Below are positions 49,090 to 59,964 of a stretch of 64,000 nucleotides of DNA, piece by piece (position 1 is the stretch's first letter; every line of letters begins with the position of its first letter). The notes under the pieces were generated by a model that was not told where the DNA came from, ran no database searches, and worked only from the letters and a program-made list of their open reading frames with translations. The DNA lies in contig WTBR01000035.1 in the NCBI GenBank assembly GCA_013138975.1, positions 43,733 to 107,732 on the forward strand, read 5' to 3'. The position numbers and the translations under genes were made by a program. This DNA comes from Bacteroidales bacterium (lineage in GTDB: Bacteria; Bacteroidota; Bacteroidia; Bacteroidales; UBA12077).

Positions 49090-50880
49090 TTATACTCTTT
49101 TTCTTTTAACATAATGAGTGTGTAATAACTCATGTGATTTATGTCCAAGAGGTTCTCCAAGGAACTCTTTATATATTTGAGTAATCTCAGGATTTTCATG
49201 TGATTTACGTATTTCCATACCTTCATCTTCACGATAAATTGCATCAGCACGTTTTTGACGAATTTCAGGAGTAGTTGGAATTGGTTGGCCTCCACCACCA
49301 ATACATCCACCTGGACAACCCATTACCTCTACAAAGTGATAATTAGCTGTTCCTGCTTTGATTGCATCCATTATTTGATGAGCATTTTTTAAACCGTGTG
49401 CAATAGCTGTTTTTAACTCAACACCTTCTAGGAAACTCCAAGCTGGTAATACATTCTCTATCTTAACTGAAGCTTCACGAACACCTTCCATACCACGAAC
49501 AGCAGTAATGTTTAAGTTTTCGAAAGGAACTTCTCTACCGGTTACTAATTCATATGCGGTACGAAGAGCTGCTTCCATTACACCACCTGTTGCGCCAAAA
49601 ATTACAGCAGCACCAGTTGATTGCCCCATTAAACTATCAAATTTCTCATCTGGTAATGAATTAAAATCAATACCGGCTTGCTTAATCATTACAGCAAGTT
49701 CACGAGTAGTAATACCTAAATCTACATCTTGATATCCACTACCTCTCATTTCTGGACGTGCAGCTTCAAATTTCTTAGCTGTACAAGGCATGATAGATAC
49801 ACTAACAATTTTTGCAGGATCTAATTTCTTTTTTTCTGCATAATATGTTTTAACAAGAGCACCAAACATCTGCTGTGGTGACTTACATGTAGATAAATTA
49901 TCCAAATAATCTGGATACATATGCTCTATATACTTAACCCAACCTGGTGAACATGAAGTAAACATAGGTAATTTTACACTTGCATCTTTATCTACTAGCG
50001 CTTTTTTAAGTCTGGTAAGTAACTCAGTACCTTCTTCCATTATTGTTAAATCGGCAGAAAAATCAGTATCAAGAACTGAATCAAAACCTAATCTTCTTAA
50101 CGAAGCAGCCAATTTACCTGTAACAATATTTCCTGCTTCCATTCCAAACTCTTCGCCTAAAGCAATACGAGTAGCTGGAGCTGTTTGAACAACAACATGC
50201 ACATTTGGATCATGTATAGCATCCCAAACCTGCTCAATATAATTTTTCTCAATCAACGCACCTGTAGGGCAGCGAATTACACACTGACCACAATTAGTAC
50301 AAACTACATCAAACATTGAGTTTTCGAAGAAAGTAGATATCTTCATTTTATCGCCTTTATAAGCAACTCCTAATGCACTTACATGTTGCAAATCATGACA
50401 AGTTCTTACACAACGCTGACAACGAATACATTTACTATCATCCTTAATTATTGAAGGAGAAAAGTTATCTATTGTATAATTTTTTTCAGGTACAAGATCA
50501 AGAAACATATTCTCGCTTATAATCATATCACTTGCTAAATCCTGCAACTCACAACTTTTATTCTTGTAACATTTTGTACAATCAGCATTATGCTCTGAAA
50601 GCAGTAATTCAACAATATGCTTACGAGCATTTCTTACCTTATGTGTGTTTGTATGAATAACCATTCCTTCTTGAGCAGGCATTGCACACGAAGCAACAAG
50701 GTTTTTAGCACCCTCTTGTTCAACAACACATACTCTACAGTTTCCTGCTACACATAAATCTTCGTGATAACAAAGAGTAGGAATATGAATATTTAATTCC
50801 TTTGCAGCATCAAGAACAGTTTTCCCAGCCTCAACGCTTACGTCGATTCCGTCTATATTTAAATTTACTGTATTAGCCAT
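49090..50880 (-). CDS. hydA: Second group A [FeFe]-hydrogenase catalytic subunit
   Basis: TSCSPGW, MPCTAKKFE, EVMGCPGGCIGGGGQP; full N-terminal Fe-S domain set. Confidence 0.97.
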   Translation of the reverse strand: MANTVNLNIDGIDVSVEAGKTVLDAAKELNIHIPTLCYHEDLCVAGNCRVCVVEQEGAKNLVASCAMPAQEGMVIHTNTHKVRNARKHIVELLLSEHNADCTKCYKNKSCELQDLASDMIISENMFLDLVPEKNYTIDNFSPSIIKDDSKCIRCQRCVRTCHDLQHVSALGVAYKGDKMKISTFFENSMFDVVCTNCGQCVIRCPTGALIEKNYIEQVWDAIHDPNVHVVVQTAPATRIALGEEFGMEAGNIVTGKLAASLRRLGFDSVLDTDFSADLTIMEEGTELLTRLKKALVDKDASVKLPMFTSCSPGWVKYIEHMYPDYLDNLSTCKSPQQMFGALVKTYYAEKKKLDPAKIVSVSIMPCTAKKFEAARPEMRGSGYQDVDLGITTRELAVMIKQAGIDFNSLPDEKFDSLMGQSTGAAVIFGATGGVMEAALRTAYELVTGREVPFENLNITAVRGMEGVREASVKIENVLPAWSFLEGVELKTAIAHGLKNAHQIMDAIKAGTANYHFVEVMGCPGGCIGGGGQPIPTTPEIRQKRADAIYREDEGMEIRKSHENPEITQIYKEFLGEPLGHKSHELLHTHYVKRKRV

Positions 50881-50914
50881 GTTTTATCTAAATTTTATTT
50901 TTATCAATAATTAA

Positions 50915-52075
50915 TTAGTAAATCATTTCTTCTTTAAAGTTATCAACGATAGAAGAGAATGAATTAGCCACAGACTGACCTAAACCACATTTAGCAGATA
51001 CTTTCATTGTGTCTGCTAATTTTTGTAAAGTATCTAAATAAGTAGCTGATTTTTCGCCTTTCTTAACTGCCTCTATACCCAATTTAAGTTGCTGGCAACC
51101 TACACGACAAGGAGTACATTGTCCACATGATTCTTCCTCAAAAAACTCAACGTAATTCTTTAATACATTATACATTGATCTTGAACTATTGAAAAGCATC
51201 ATAGAACCTCCAGTTGGTACACCTTCGAATCCAATAATTGTGTCTTTGAATTTTTTTCTTGGCACACAAAATCCTGAAGCTCCACCTACTTGTACAGCTT
51301 TAGTGTCTCCATCACCGAAATCTTCAACAAAATCTTCTAGTGACATACCTAGCTCTAATTCAAAAATTCCTGCAACAGGAGTATCTCCAGATACACTAAA
51401 CAGTTTAGAACCACGAGAATCAGATGTTCCAAGTGTTTTAAACTCATCAGCACCTAACCTCATAATCATTAATGTATTAACGAAAGTTTCAACATTATTA
51501 ATAACAGTAGGTTTTCCAAATAATCCTGATACTGTAGGATACGGAGGTTTATTACGAGGTTCTCCACGTTTTCCTTCAATTGACTCAAACAAAGCACTTT
51601 CTTCTCCACAAATATATGCTCCACTACCCATACTTATTTTAATTTCAAAATCTAAGTTATTTTCTTTTACACATTTATGAAATAACTCAAGTTCTGCCAT
51701 TAAATCTGGTAACATATAAACATATTCACCTCTTAAATATAAGTAACCTTTTTTTGCACCAATAGCTTTAGCACAAATAGCCATACCACTGAAAACTTTT
51801 CGAGGAACTCTTGTTAGAATTTCACGATCTTTAAATGTTCCAGGCTCACCTTCGTCAGCATTACAAACCACATATTTTATTGGATCTGCTTCATTAGCAG
51901 TATATTTCCATTTCAAACCAGTTGGAAATCCAGCACCCCCACGACCTTTAAGTCCTGAGTCTGTTACTTCTGAAATAATTTGATCACTTGATTTTTTTAA
52001 AGTCTCTCCAAGTACTTTATACTTTTCTTGCGTATAAGCACCAAATATTATATCAACTCTTTTTAAGTTTTTCAT
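50915..52075 (-). CDS. hydB: Short NuoF-like diaphorase subunit (non-bifurcating type)
   Basis: 386 aa; GRGGAGFPTG, NADEGEPGTFKDR, GAYICGEE, GGASG, CGQCTPCR; no N- or C-terminal ferredoxin domains. Confidence 0.92.
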   Translation of the reverse strand: MKNLKRVDIIFGAYTQEKYKVLGETLKKSSDQIISEVTDSGLKGRGGAGFPTGLKWKYTANEADPIKYVVCNADEGEPGTFKDREILTRVPRKVFSGMAICAKAIGAKKGYLYLRGEYVYMLPDLMAELELFHKCVKENNLDFEIKISMGSGAYICGEESALFESIEGKRGEPRNKPPYPTVSGLFGKPTVINNVETFVNTLMIMRLGADEFKTLGTSDSRGSKLFSVSGDTPVAGIFELELGMSLEDFVEDFGDGDTKAVQVGGASGFCVPRKKFKDTIIGFEGVPTGGSMMLFNSSRSMYNVLKNYVEFFEEESCGQCTPCRVGCQQLKLGIEAVKKGEKSATYLDTLQKLADTMKVSAKCGLGQSVANSFSSIVDNFKEEMIY

Positions 52076-52087
52076 TTCTAAATCTCC

Positions 52088-52561
52088 TTATTTTCGAATA
52101 TATTCCATTATAATTTCGGTTATCTTATTCACATCTAAGCTATCATAAGGGGTTGAGTTTATTAGCATAGCAGGCCCTTTATGGCACCAACCCAAACAAT
52201 TTGTTTCAAGAAGAGTAAACTTATTGTCTTTTGTTGTTTCACCAACCTTAATTTTAAGTAAATCTTCAATAGTTTGAATCATTTGCTTCTTACCTTTCAT
52301 ATCGCAAGTAATAGTTTTGCATATACGAATTACATACGTACCTCTAGGCTCTGTGTCAAGAAATGAGTAGAAAGTTGCTGTTCCATACACCAATGCAGCA
52401 GACATATTCAATTCCTCTGCTACCTCAGACATGGCAACATCAGAAATGGATTGTTCTTCTGTGATGATGCCCTGCAAAATAGGAAGTAAACTTTCTCTAT
52501 TTCTTCCATGTTTGTCAGCTAATTGCTTAACTAATTCTTTAATTTCTGGCATTTCGATCAA
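52088..52561 (-). CDS. hydC: NuoE-like [2Fe-2S] subunit
   Basis: ATFYSF, CKTITC, CLGWC; start may be ATG at 52552. Confidence 0.92.
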   Translation of the reverse strand: MIEMPEIKELVKQLADKHGRNRESLLPILQGIITEEQSISDVAMSEVAEELNMSAALVYGTATFYSFLDTEPRGTYVIRICKTITCDMKGKKQMIQTIEDLLKIKVGETTKDNKFTLLETNCLGWCHKGPAMLINSTPYDSLDVNKITEIIMEYIRK

Positions 52562-52575
52562 GTTTTATTTAGTTA

Positions 52576-52610
52576 TTGTTATTTTGTTAACAGTGTTATT
52601 TTAATAACAC
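52576..52610. promoter_or_regulatory. Tandem TGTTA-N6-TAACA operator (Rex-like) upstream of hydrogenase operon 2
   Basis: ttgttattttgttaacagtgttattttaataacac; 32/35 identical to 17616-17650. Confidence 0.7.
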
Positions 52611-52946
52611 GATAATTGTATTTAAACACTCTTATTTCAGAAATAAATATAGAATTCATAAATCCACAAGAACATGACATTTCTTAGAATTTAACATGAC
52701 AAAAGTCATAATAAAGGGCTTGGGGTAATGATAAACTACTAACAAAGAGCATATTAATATTTGTGTATGTTGATTAACATATATAATTAACATTTAAATC
52801 CAAAAACTCAAGTCTCCCACGATAAGAAATAGACTATTAGGCTACTATAAAAGAACAACAAAAAAACCTCATTCTTAAAACCCAATATCCTCTTTTAATT
52901 ATATACTTTGAAAACCGTAACAAAAAACATAATGGCTTTTAAAAAT

Positions 52947-52975
52947 AAAAAATGGCACTTAAAGTGCCATTTTTT
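52947..52975. terminator. Terminator after the S46 peptidase
   Basis: aaaaaatggcactt-a-aagtgccattttt. Confidence 0.85.
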
Positions 52976-52976
52976 A

Positions 52977-55103
52977 TCATTCAATTATCGTCATTTCTTC
53001 GAGCAAATGTCCAGCTCCAGCAAATTTATCAACTATAAAAAGTAAATATCTTATATCCAGTGTAACGTTTCTGCTTCGCTCCGGATCAAACTCCATATCG
53101 CTCATTATACCATCCCAAGCGCGATCGAAGTTAAGTCCAATTAAATTACCTTCTGCATCTAGAACCGGGCTACCTGAATTACCTCCTGTTGTATGATTGG
53201 TTGCAATAAAGCAAACTGGGACTGTCCCATTTACTTCATATCTGCCAAAATCTTTTGCTATATAAACTTCTTTTAATTTTTCAGGAACATCATAATCATA
53301 AATATTAGGGTTATCCTTTTCAATCACACCATCCAAAGTTGTATAATATTTATATTCTACCCCATCACGCGGGGAAAAACCAGCCACTTTCCCATAAGAT
53401 ACACGCATTGTAAAATTGGCATCCGGAAATAAAACTTTATCCTTTTGCATTTTCATTAATCCTTTCATATAACTCCTATACAATAACTGAATTCTTCGAT
53501 TTAGAGAATCGCTAATAGGATTTACTTTATCAACAAACACTTTATTAAATGCTGTATAAAATTTATATATGGGATCATCGGATAGTTCCTTTATTCCTTC
53601 TTTTGTTTCAAGAAGAATCTTCATTCTTTCCTGATTTGTAAAAACCGTTGATTTATATAAAGATTCTATAAATGCCTCAGAATTATTAAGCACTGTTTCT
53701 TCTATTTCTGGATAAAATCTTTTATCAACATTTGAATAATACATAGGAAGTAAACCATTAAAGATATCTTTATCGATTGCTTTAACATAATCCTTATAAA
53801 ATGAGTTCATCGTTTTATTTAGGCGTTCAATTTCCTTAGCAAACTCATCTTCTTCCTCTGTTTCAGCCATTTCTATTAATTTGTCAAATTGAGAAGCAAA
53901 TCTAACTATCTCAATTGACTTAATTGATTCCCAATAATAGTCAGAAGCTACAACATAGTCTTCACCCTCATTATAAACTTTAGATAATTCTGATATTACA
54001 TCTTTATATTCGTCTTTTTTGCTAGCCCATTCAATGAATTGTGCTTCCAACTCAAGTTTCTTTTCAACTGTATTTAATCTATTTAATCCAATTATTTCAC
54101 CCTTCCATCGCTTCCATGAGTTGCTAGCTCCTGCATTTTTACTAGCATATTTAATACGTATAGTATCATTTGCATCCATATACGAATTCATTATTTCTAT
54201 ACGCTTATCCCTTACCTTTATTCTATTTGGATTTCTTACATCTTTAGTAAGTTTAATTGCATCGGAAGTAATATAATTATTTGTACTACCTGGATAACCT
54301 AGAACCCACGTAAAATCGCCTTCATTTAATCCTTTAATTGAAATTGGTAAAAACTTTTTAGGTTTATAAGGTACATTATCTGCTGAATATTCAGCAGGAT
54401 TATTATCCTTATCGGCATAAATTCTAAAAATAGAAAAGTCGCCTGTATGCCTTGGCCACATCCAATTATCAGTATCTCCACCAAACTTACCAATTGCTGA
54501 TGGAGGTGCACCAACTAAACGAACATCTTTATATTCCTTATAAATAAACATAAAGTACTGATTACCATAATAAAATGGTTTTACACTTGCTTTTAAGTCT
54601 GTTTCTCCAACGGCATCTTCACCAATTGTTTTAATATTTTCATTTATTAATTCTTGTCTCTCTTTTTCAGAGAAATTATTCTTAACTCCTTTTAATACTT
54701 TACTTGTAACATCCTCTATACTATTCAAAAATGTAACTTTCAAATCAGGGTTTGGTAGTTCCTCTTGCTGATTCATTGCCCAAAAACCATCGGTTAAATA
54801 GTCATGTTCAATTGAACTATGTCTTTGAATTGCACCATATCCACAATGATGATTTGTTAAAAGCAAGCCTTTATCAGACACAAGCTCACCAGTACAACCT
54901 CTTCCAAATATCACAATGGCATCCATTATACAAGCCTGATTTATACTATAGATATCTTCAGCTGAAAGCTTAAAGCCCTTTTCCTGCATATCCTGTATAT
55001 TAAATTTCTCAATTAATAACGGAATCCACATTCCTTCATCGCCTTTACTTAGATTTGCTAAACCTAAAAAAAGTAAAGTAAAAACTATTGCTATTTTTTT
55101 CAT
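52977..55103 (-). CDS. S46 dipeptidyl peptidase, DPP11-like
   Basis: DEGMW, TNHHCG, DNWMWPRHTGDFS, TTGGNSGSPV; FDR (Arg at S1) suggests Asp/Glu specificity. Confidence 0.92.
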   Translation of the reverse strand: MKKIAIVFTLLFLGLANLSKGDEGMWIPLLIEKFNIQDMQEKGFKLSAEDIYSINQACIMDAIVIFGRGCTGELVSDKGLLLTNHHCGYGAIQRHSSIEHDYLTDGFWAMNQQEELPNPDLKVTFLNSIEDVTSKVLKGVKNNFSEKERQELINENIKTIGEDAVGETDLKASVKPFYYGNQYFMFIYKEYKDVRLVGAPPSAIGKFGGDTDNWMWPRHTGDFSIFRIYADKDNNPAEYSADNVPYKPKKFLPISIKGLNEGDFTWVLGYPGSTNNYITSDAIKLTKDVRNPNRIKVRDKRIEIMNSYMDANDTIRIKYASKNAGASNSWKRWKGEIIGLNRLNTVEKKLELEAQFIEWASKKDEYKDVISELSKVYNEGEDYVVASDYYWESIKSIEIVRFASQFDKLIEMAETEEEDEFAKEIERLNKTMNSFYKDYVKAIDKDIFNGLLPMYYSNVDKRFYPEIEETVLNNSEAFIESLYKSTVFTNQERMKILLETKEGIKELSDDPIYKFYTAFNKVFVDKVNPISDSLNRRIQLLYRSYMKGLMKMQKDKVLFPDANFTMRVSYGKVAGFSPRDGVEYKYYTTLDGVIEKDNPNIYDYDVPEKLKEVYIAKDFGRYEVNGTVPVCFIATNHTTGGNSGSPVLDAEGNLIGLNFDRAWDGIMSDMEFDPERSRNVTLDIRYLLFIVDKFAGAGHLLEEMTIIE

Positions 55104-55115
55104 TTTTATATTTAA

Positions 55116-55706
55116 TTAATCATTAATGAAATCATCTAATTCTGTATATAACTTTTGTATAGGCAAACCCATTACATTAAAGAAAGATCCATTTATCTTT
55201 TCTACCCCGATATACCCAATCCACTCTTGAATACCATATGCACCTGCTTTATCAAAAGGTTGAAAATTATTTATATAAAAATCTATTTCGGCATACGTTA
55301 ATTTCTTAAAGTAAACATCTGTGCACGCTGAGAATAATAAGTGCTTATAACTTGATTTGATACAAACTCCTGTATAAACTTGATGACATTTACCTGATAA
55401 TTCTTTTAATATTCTCTCTGCATCATCACGATCAATGGGTTTTTGGAGTACATTCCCATTTAACCAAACTATTGTATCTGCTGTAATCAGAATCTCCATG
55501 TCTTCAATAGCTCCATATGAACTAGCCTTCTTTTTAGCAATGTGTAATGGTATTTCCTCTTTCACTAAATTATCAGGATAAGATTCTTCAACTAATTTTT
55601 TTAGCTTTATTTCAAATTCTAATCCAATTTCTTTTAGCAAATAATGACGACGAGGCGACGCTGAAGCCAATATAATCTTATAATCATCTATGTTAGGAAT
55701 AAACAT
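55116..55706 (-). CDS. maf: Maf-family nucleotide pyrophosphatase
   Basis: ILASASPRR, ITADTIV, DKAGAYGIQ, NVMGLP. Confidence 0.95.
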   Translation of the reverse strand: MFIPNIDDYKIILASASPRRHYLLKEIGLEFEIKLKKLVEESYPDNLVKEEIPLHIAKKKASSYGAIEDMEILITADTIVWLNGNVLQKPIDRDDAERILKELSGKCHQVYTGVCIKSSYKHLLFSACTDVYFKKLTYAEIDFYINNFQPFDKAGAYGIQEWIGYIGVEKINGSFFNVMGLPIQKLYTELDDFIND

Positions 55707-55717
55707 AATATTAAGTT

Positions 55718-56668
55718 TTAGTAATTCTGAATTATAATATAATTAGCAACTAAGGCATATAATATTCCTGCAAGCATAATTAATTTAGATAAATTACTTG
55801 CACGCCGGTATTCTTTTTTATTTTCGGCTACGAATATGTAATAAACGAGTAATAATAATGGAATAATTAATACTACAATAAAGTATATTAAAGTAATTAC
55901 ATCATTTAAGAATCTTAAATTAAGATACAATAATGAAAATAATGTTGTGAGAATAAATGTAATTACAATAATCTTTGAATTTAATACACCTAAAACTATT
56001 GGCATTGTTCTTCTTCCATATGCACTATCTCCTTCAAAATCTTCAATATCTTTAATTATTTCACGTATCATTGATAATAAAAATGCAAACATTGCAAATG
56101 CACTTACCCAAAATATAATATGCGTAAAGTTAAGATGCATTTCTTTCATTAATAATCCGTATTCTTTATTTAATAAGGGTATTTCAAAAAGAATAACCAT
56201 TAATGGTACTAAGGCTGTTAAAAAAGCAACGATAATATTACCTATTAAAAATTGTCTTTTATATGTTGTTGAGTAAAACCACAAAATCCCTGTAATTAAT
56301 ATAAAAACGATAGATAGAGCAGGAATTCCAATATAAAATGAAATATAAATACCTAAACCAATTCCAATTGTATTTAATATAACATGAAGCAGAATTGCCC
56401 AACGTCGATTAAGAGTTCTTCCAACAATAACCGTATCTGGTCTATTAACTAAATCGGTTTTAGTGTCGAAATAATCGTTAATTACATATCCTGCTGCGGT
56501 AATAAAAACTGTAGCCATGACCAAAAAGAAGAAATTTAACTCCGAGAACTGCAATTCAAATTCATATATCTCAAGAATTGGTTTTATAATACTCCAACGC
56601 ATTAAATACTGAGTTAGAATTATTATTAACAGATTCTTATAACGAACAAGATGCAAATATTTTATCAT
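55718..56668 (-). CDS. UbiA-family prenyltransferase (DGGGP-synthase-like clade)
   Basis: AAGYVINDYFD..TDLVNRP and REIIKDIEDFEGD. Confidence 0.9.
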   Translation of the reverse strand: MIKYLHLVRYKNLLIIILTQYLMRWSIIKPILEIYEFELQFSELNFFFLVMATVFITAAGYVINDYFDTKTDLVNRPDTVIVGRTLNRRWAILLHVILNTIGIGLGIYISFYIGIPALSIVFILITGILWFYSTTYKRQFLIGNIIVAFLTALVPLMVILFEIPLLNKEYGLLMKEMHLNFTHIIFWVSAFAMFAFLLSMIREIIKDIEDFEGDSAYGRRTMPIVLGVLNSKIIVITFILTTLFSLLYLNLRFLNDVITLIYFIVVLIIPLLLLVYYIFVAENKKEYRRASNLSKLIMLAGILYALVANYIIIQNY

Positions 56669-56731
56669 CTACTTAAAGCTTATTAGTTTATGTCAATACC
56701 AGTTACGTAACTATCCTTAATTACTTTTACT

Positions 56732-57241
56732 TTAATCAAACTTTTTCCATTTACCTTGTAATCGCAATACTTGTTCGATTACATCTCGCACACAACCTCT
56801 TCCTCCAGGAAATGTTGAAATATATTTTGAGATTGCTTTTATTTCTTCAGCAGCATCCGATGGGCAAGTTGAAAGCCCAACCATTTGCATCACTTCATAA
56901 TCCGGCAAATCGTCACCCATATATAAAATTTCCTCGGGCTTTAATCCATATTTAAAATAAAAATCCTCAAAATCATTTACTTTATCTCTTGAATTCATAT
57001 AAATATCGGTGATTCCAAGATATTGAAATCGCTTTTTTGTTGCCTCAGAGCTTCCTCCTGAAATTATACCAACAATATAACCATGTTTTAATGCTTGGAC
57101 TACTGCGTATCCATCTTTCATATTAACAGACCTAACAAATTCACCACTAGGATCAAGATATATTTGTCCATCGGTAAAAACACCATCAACATCGAATACA
57201 AATGCTTTTATATTTTGAAGATCTTCTTTAAAATTTGCCAT
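56732..57241 (-). CDS. kdsC: KDO 8-phosphate phosphatase (HAD IIIA)
   Basis: FDVDGVFTDG, KDGY, YMGDDLPD, GGRGCVR. Confidence 0.9.
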   Translation of the reverse strand: MANFKEDLQNIKAFVFDVDGVFTDGQIYLDPSGEFVRSVNMKDGYAVVQALKHGYIVGIISGGSSEATKKRFQYLGITDIYMNSRDKVNDFEDFYFKYGLKPEEILYMGDDLPDYEVMQMVGLSTCPSDAAEEIKAISKYISTFPGGRGCVRDVIEQVLRLQGKWKKFD

Positions 57242-57247
57242 ATTTAT

Positions 57248-58051
57248 TTACTTTTTTCCTTTTTTCTGATTTAAGATAAAAATACTTTCACTTACAAATC
57301 TATATATTTTCTCGAATTCAGGATTATCTTTTAACATTTCTAAATGTTTTTGAATAACATTCTTATCATTTCTTACCGCAGGTCCTGTTTGAGCTTTTAT
57401 CGGATTACTATCAATTGCTTTTTGTACAGTTTCTATAATTAATGGTTTAAGTAAATCAAAAGAAACTCCAGATTGATCCAATATTTCAGTTGCCGCTGAA
57501 TACATATGATTTGCAAAATTACATGCAAAAACAGCTGAAAGATGCAACATTTTTCTCTTTTCAGAATTAATTAAAGAAACACTATTAGTTAGACAATTAG
57601 CCAGATTCAATAGTTTACTTTCTAATTGCTTATTGCTCGCCTCAATACAAATAGGAATATTTGAAAAATTGATTTTTCTGGATTTCGAGAATGTTTGTAA
57701 TGGATAAAATACTCCGTAATTTTTGAATTGATTTTCAAATATGTCTATTGAGATACTTCCTGCTGTATGAACTATCATACCATACTTCAGGTCTAAATGC
57801 TTTATCATTTCTTCAATTATCTCATCCTTAACAGCAATTATATATAAATCTGCTTTATCAGGAATTTGACTTAATTCATTGGTATAAAGCGAATCAACTT
57901 TAAGTGCCAACTCTTTAGCTGACTCTGTTGTTTTACTATATATACATTTTATAAAAAATCCTGCTTTACTTAATGCAATAGATAAATGAGTAGCAACATT
58001 TCCTGCTCCAAGAACTACAATTCCATTTTCGAAATCACTTTTCAAACTCAT
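57248..58051 (-). CDS. Rossmann-like and DUF2520 domain protein
   Basis: GAGNVA, HTAGS, FYPLQTFS, HLSAVFACNF, QTGPAVR. Confidence 0.9.
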   Translation of the reverse strand: MSLKSDFENGIVVLGAGNVATHLSIALSKAGFFIKCIYSKTTESAKELALKVDSLYTNELSQIPDKADLYIIAVKDEIIEEMIKHLDLKYGMIVHTAGSISIDIFENQFKNYGVFYPLQTFSKSRKINFSNIPICIEASNKQLESKLLNLANCLTNSVSLINSEKRKMLHLSAVFACNFANHMYSAATEILDQSGVSFDLLKPLIIETVQKAIDSNPIKAQTGPAVRNDKNVIQKHLEMLKDNPEFEKIYRFVSESIFILNQKKGKK

Positions 58052-58114
58052 TCTAATTATTTTAAGAATATAAAATTAATCGAAAATATTAAGCTTTCAA
58101 ACCTGCCGCAAAAT

Positions 58115-58146
58115 AAAAAAGCCCCTTTTCTTTCAAAAAGAGGCTT
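58115..58146 (-). terminator. Terminator after acyl-CoA dehydrogenase
   Basis: aaaaaagccccttt...aaagaggctt. Confidence 0.7.
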
Positions 58147-58163
58147 CTTCAACTTATAATATA

Positions 58164-59948
58164 TTAGAAACAGTATTTGTTTTCTTCAATTAATTTATCT
58201 GCTATCCTTCTACGAGCATCTTTAACATTTACTCCAGAAACCTTAGTGTAAATCTGAGTTCCTTTTACTAATTTATCTGATAACTCATCATCATCAATTG
58301 AATAAATAGCATCTAATGCATGCTTATTAATCAAAGATGCAGTTTCAAAGATATATACATCAAGCATATCCTTATATATCTTTATCATTTCTTCAGATTG
58401 AGTTGCTTCAGCTTTTTGAACACGTAACATTGTAGATTCTGCAACATATACATTCATCAAGATATCAGAAATACTGTTCTGAACTTCTTGCTCTTGCATT
58501 AATTTGCGATCAAACTTATTAACAGCTGCTTCCATAAGCATCATTGCAATATTTTTGAAATTTTCTACAAATACCAATTTATCTTCGTAATATCCTTTAG
58601 TTTCAAAAGTATCTGTTAGATTATCTAATCCAGCAATAATTTCTTTTGCTTTTTCAAATAAAGGAATATGATTCTTTTGTCCTCTTTTAATAATAGTATC
58701 AGTTATAATAAGTCTATTAACTTCATTTGTTCCTTCGAAAATACGATTAATACGAGAATCTCTGTAAGCTTTGTCAGCAGGCATTTCCGCAGAAAAGCCC
58801 ATTCCACCCATTATTTGAACCATTTCATCAACAACATAATCTAATGTTTCTGATCCAAATACTTTCATAATAGCTGCTTCAGCACCATATTCACCAAATG
58901 CACCCATCACTGCTCTACCGTAATCACATCCTTCTTCAGCTTTGTTTATTTCAATGGCATTATCAATATCTTTACTTACTCTATAAACTGCACATTCAGT
59001 AGTAAATGTTCTAATTGCTTGCTCAGCTATTTTATGTTTAATTGATCCAAAATTAGCAATTAAAGTACCAAATTGCTTACGCTCATTAGCATAATTAATA
59101 GCTTGAGAAATAGCTCTCTTTGCAGCTCCAAGTACGTTTCCACCTAACTTAATACGTCCCATATGAAGAATATTCAATGCGATTCTGAATCCTTCTCCAC
59201 GCTTACCTAAAAGATTTTCAATTGGAACTTTTACATCATTATAAAAGATCTGTCTTGTAGATGATCCTTTTATACCCATTTTCTTTTCTTCAGGGTTTAA
59301 AACAATACCATCCCAATTTTTTTCAACAATAAACGCACTATATACGCGATCATTATCAATTTTAGCAAAAACAGTTTGAACATCCGCAAAACCACCATTA
59401 GTGATCCACATTTTTTGTCCATTCATTATATAATGTTTACCATCCTCTGAAAGAACTGCTTTCGTTTTACCAGAGTTAGCATCAGATCCAGCTCCTGGCT
59501 CAGTTAAACAATAAGCCCCAGCCCACTCGCCAGTAGCAAGTTTTGTTAAATATTTTTGTTTTTGTTCATGATTTCCATAATAAGCAATAGGTAAAGAGCC
59601 AATCCCTGTATGAGCAGAAAAAGCAACAGCAAACGAATTACCAGCACCCATTCTTTCACTTGCTAACATTGATGTAACAAATGATTGTCCGAAACCATCG
59701 TATTCTTCCGGTATAGAAACACCTAAAAGCCCTAATTCACCAGCCTTTTCAACTACACTTCTCATTAATCCTTCTTCTTGAGAATCAATTCTATCAAGAA
59801 TAGGAAAAATTTCAGCTTCAAGAAAATCATCACATGTTTGTGCAATCATCAGCTGTTCTTCGTCAAATTCTTCTGGTATAAAAATACTATTGGCTTCAGT
59901 TTTCTTTAATAAAAATTCACCACCCTTTATGGTTAAATCTTTTCCCAT
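58164..59948 (-). CDS. Long-form acyl-CoA dehydrogenase (FadE-like)
   Basis: KGGEFL, YCLTEPGAGSDA, KMGIKGSST, RINRIFEGTNE. Confidence 0.93.
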   Translation of the reverse strand: MGKDLTIKGGEFLLKKTEANSIFIPEEFDEEQLMIAQTCDDFLEAEIFPILDRIDSQEEGLMRSVVEKAGELGLLGVSIPEEYDGFGQSFVTSMLASERMGAGNSFAVAFSAHTGIGSLPIAYYGNHEQKQKYLTKLATGEWAGAYCLTEPGAGSDANSGKTKAVLSEDGKHYIMNGQKMWITNGGFADVQTVFAKIDNDRVYSAFIVEKNWDGIVLNPEEKKMGIKGSSTRQIFYNDVKVPIENLLGKRGEGFRIALNILHMGRIKLGGNVLGAAKRAISQAINYANERKQFGTLIANFGSIKHKIAEQAIRTFTTECAVYRVSKDIDNAIEINKAEEGCDYGRAVMGAFGEYGAEAAIMKVFGSETLDYVVDEMVQIMGGMGFSAEMPADKAYRDSRINRIFEGTNEVNRLIITDTIIKRGQKNHIPLFEKAKEIIAGLDNLTDTFETKGYYEDKLVFVENFKNIAMMLMEAAVNKFDRKLMQEQEVQNSISDILMNVYVAESTMLRVQKAEATQSEEMIKIYKDMLDVYIFETASLINKHALDAIYSIDDDELSDKLVKGTQIYTKVSGVNVKDARRRIADKLIEENKYCF

Positions 59949-59964
59949 CTTATTTAGTTTAAAT

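Noticed and set aside
51189-51680. 163-aa plus-strand ORF, and similar short antisense ORFs (e.g. 20387-20791, 37536-37853, 43708-44082, 55947-56276)
   Set aside because: Shadow frames opposite well-supported genes, with no recognisable motifs
50915-52561. Respiratory complex I nuoE/nuoF
   Set aside because: Adjacent to an H-cluster protein, with no other nuo genes
55718-56668. Archaeal-type ether lipid synthesis from the DGGGP-synthase-like UbiA
   Set aside because: Sits in an ordinary Bacteroidota DUF2520-kdsC-ubiA-maf block; no supporting pathway genes here
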